A DNA stretch of 32,950 bases from a virus (Duplodnaviria > Caudoviricetes): the IMG/VR virus record IMGVR_UViG_3300032328_000909, positions 1 through 32,950 of that record; one strand, written 5' to 3'. The notes under the pieces are model-generated. The model was given only the letters and a program-made list of their open reading frames with translations. It was not told the origin of the DNA and did no database searches. Positions 31,652 through 32,950 of the stretch are shown in pieces; position 1 is the first letter of the stretch; every line of letters starts with the position of its first letter. The position numbers were made by a program, and so were the translations under genes.

Positions 31652-32950
31652 ATGGGCAGGCGTTCCCTAGGTTCGCTCGGGACGCTTACGCTCGCGGCCC
31701 TCACGCGCACGGCCCTTACGCAAGGCGATGCGAAGGGGCTCGGGGAAGATTGGCTCTTCGGCCTACCGTTTCCGCAAAGCCTCCCGTGGTCCGGTTACTG
31801 GCGTGCAAACTACGCAAGCTCCCCTTGGTACGGAACCCCGGGCACGGGCGGGGAGTCGCATGTTCACGACCTTGAAGAAGCGACGAACCCCGCGACCACG
31901 GGCACGGCGCAGAACGGCTACACGCCCGCAGCCTTCGACGGCACGGACGACGTTCTAGCAACGGGCGTAACGTTTACCTCAGGCTACTACACAGAGGATT
32001 TTGTAAGCTTCGATCTGGGTTGGACCTTTCACGCGGTAGTGAAATTCGGTAGCCTTGCAGCGGACACGATCTTTTTTGACGAGCCCGGAATCTTCGTTCA
32101 AGACGGCTCTTCGACTATCGGTATCACGGCTGCGGCTAGCGGCGTTCGCGCGCACCAATACCCCGTAACGGGCCCCCCGGCGGAGGTAACGGGATACGTT
32201 GCGGTCGGTACTTCCGCGTATCACGTAGTGCAAGCGCGCTGGTCCGCAGCTACTACGACGCTTTCGATCAGAGTGGACGGCGGGGCGTGGGATAGCGTTA
32301 CCATCGCAGACCTACAAGACGCGCCCGGGCGTGCGATGTTCGTAGGCACGAACTACGCAGCTGCGGCGTTCTTGGATGCGGAGATCCTCGAGCTAGGAAT
32401 GCTCCCCCTCCCGCTTACGGACGGGGCGCTAGACGATCTCTACGACTACGCGGTAGCGCGCTACGCGCTCGGGGGCGCATCAGCTACTGGCGATCTTGCG
32501 GTAACCCTAGGCGCGTGCACCGTCGCGTCTGCGGGCGTTGCGCCTACCGTGGGCTCTCTTGCCCGAACGCTCGGGGCGTGCACGATCACTTCCGCGGGCG
32601 TTGCGCCTACCGTGGGCTCTCTTGCCCGAACGCTCGGGGCGTGCACCGTCGCGTCCGCGGGCGTTGCGCCTACCGTTGGCTCTCTCTCCGTCACCCTGGG
32701 GGCGTGCACCCTCACTTCCGCGGGCGTTGCGCCTACCGTTGGCTCTCTTGCTCGAACCCTCGGGGCGTGCACCCTCACTTCCGCGGGCACGGCGCCTACC
32801 GTTGGCTCTCTTGCTCGAACCCTGGGGGCGTGCACCCTCACTTCGTCGGGCAAGGCGCCTACCGTTGGCTCTCTAGCACTAACCCTCGGGGCGTGCACCC
32901 TCACTTCGGAGGGCACGGATCCAGCAGATGGCACTCGAGCTCTAACCCTC
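31652..32950 (+). CDS. LamG-like domain plus 21-aa repeat fibre-like protein (3' truncated; absent from the ORF track)
   Basis: ATG 31652 opens a frame with no stop to the window end. 'AAFDGTDDVL...AEILELGM...LTDGALDDLYDYAVARYAL', then GSLARTLGACTxTSAGVAPTV repeats. Confidence 0.8.
   Translation, partial: MGRRSLGSLGTLTLAALTRTALTQGDAKGLGEDWLFGLPFPQSLPWSGYWRANYASSPWYGTPGTGGESHVHDLEEATNPATTGTAQNGYTPAAFDGTDDVLATGVTFTSGYYTEDFVSFDLGWTFHAVVKFGSLAADTIFFDEPGIFVQDGSSTIGITAAASGVRAHQYPVTGPPAEVTGYVAVGTSAYHVVQARWSAATTTLSIRVDGGAWDSVTIADLQDAPGRAMFVGTNYAAAAFLDAEILELGMLPLPLTDGALDDLYDYAVARYALGGASATGDLAVTLGACTVASAGVAPTVGSLARTLGACTITSAGVAPTVGSLARTLGACTVASAGVAPTVGSLSVTLGACTLTSAGVAPTVGSLARTLGACTLTSAGTAPTVGSLARTLGACTLTSSGKAPTVGSLALTLGACTLTSEGTDPADGTRALTL
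32489..32950 (+). repeat. 63-bp coding tandem repeat (7 full units plus a partial one)
   Basis: GCGTGCAC recurs at 32513, 32576, 32639, 32702, 32765, 32828 and 32891. Confidence 0.95.

Noticed and set aside
31645-31654. TAGCCT before ATG 31652 as another leaderless promoter
   Set aside because: Only 1 nt separates it from the ATG and it lacks the preceding C, so it is more likely just the upstream stop codon.
32461-32934. 157-aa minus-strand repeat ORF from the track
   Set aside because: It is the antisense shadow of the + strand ORF starting at 31652, which matches the orientation of its neighbours.
32489-32950. 63-bp repeats as a CRISPR array
   Set aside because: Units are contiguous with no unique spacers and keep a coding frame.
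1-32950. Amber (TAG) recoding suggested by abundant CTAG
   Set aside because: Genes are full length under the standard bacterial code and TAG ends several genes at sensible positions.

Overview
This window is a dense segment of a GC-rich (roughly 60-65% by eye) tailed dsDNA phage, probably contractile-tailed. No host genes, integrase, lysis genes, tail sheath, tube or tape measure were recognised. Left end (+): baseplate spike, wedge, J-like and DUF2612-like+LamG genes, then a BNR-repeat fibre. Next (-): HTH, RuvC-like resolvase, TerS-like and HTH genes. Then (+): DUF1073 portal and Mu gpF-like head protein. A long (-) block carries a Cas4-like nuclease, SF2 helicase, SSB-like protein, a tRNA-like RNA, family A DNA polymerase, dATP/dGTP diphosphohydrolase-like, HEXXH, HAD and metallophosphoesterase genes, a sigma-70 factor and TerL. 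The right part (+) has a Prim-Pol/VirE primase-helicase, a GATC-rich candidate origin, capsid genes, an inserted cassette with an adenine methyltransferase, neck genes and fibre-like genes running off the edge. Most notable: (1) a tRNA cloverleaf with a non-canonical anticodon loop; (2) a recurrent C-TAnnnT-N5/6-GTG motif suggesting leaderless promoters, alongside a phage sigma factor and a stand-alone sigma region 4 mini-protein; (3) a PolA lacking the conserved motif B tyrosine, coupled to nucleotide-hydrolase genes; (4) CTAG enrichment with CCWGG and CTG-codon depletion; (5) scrambled packaging and head gene order. All family calls come from motif recognition by eye, not database searches, and all counts are hand counts.
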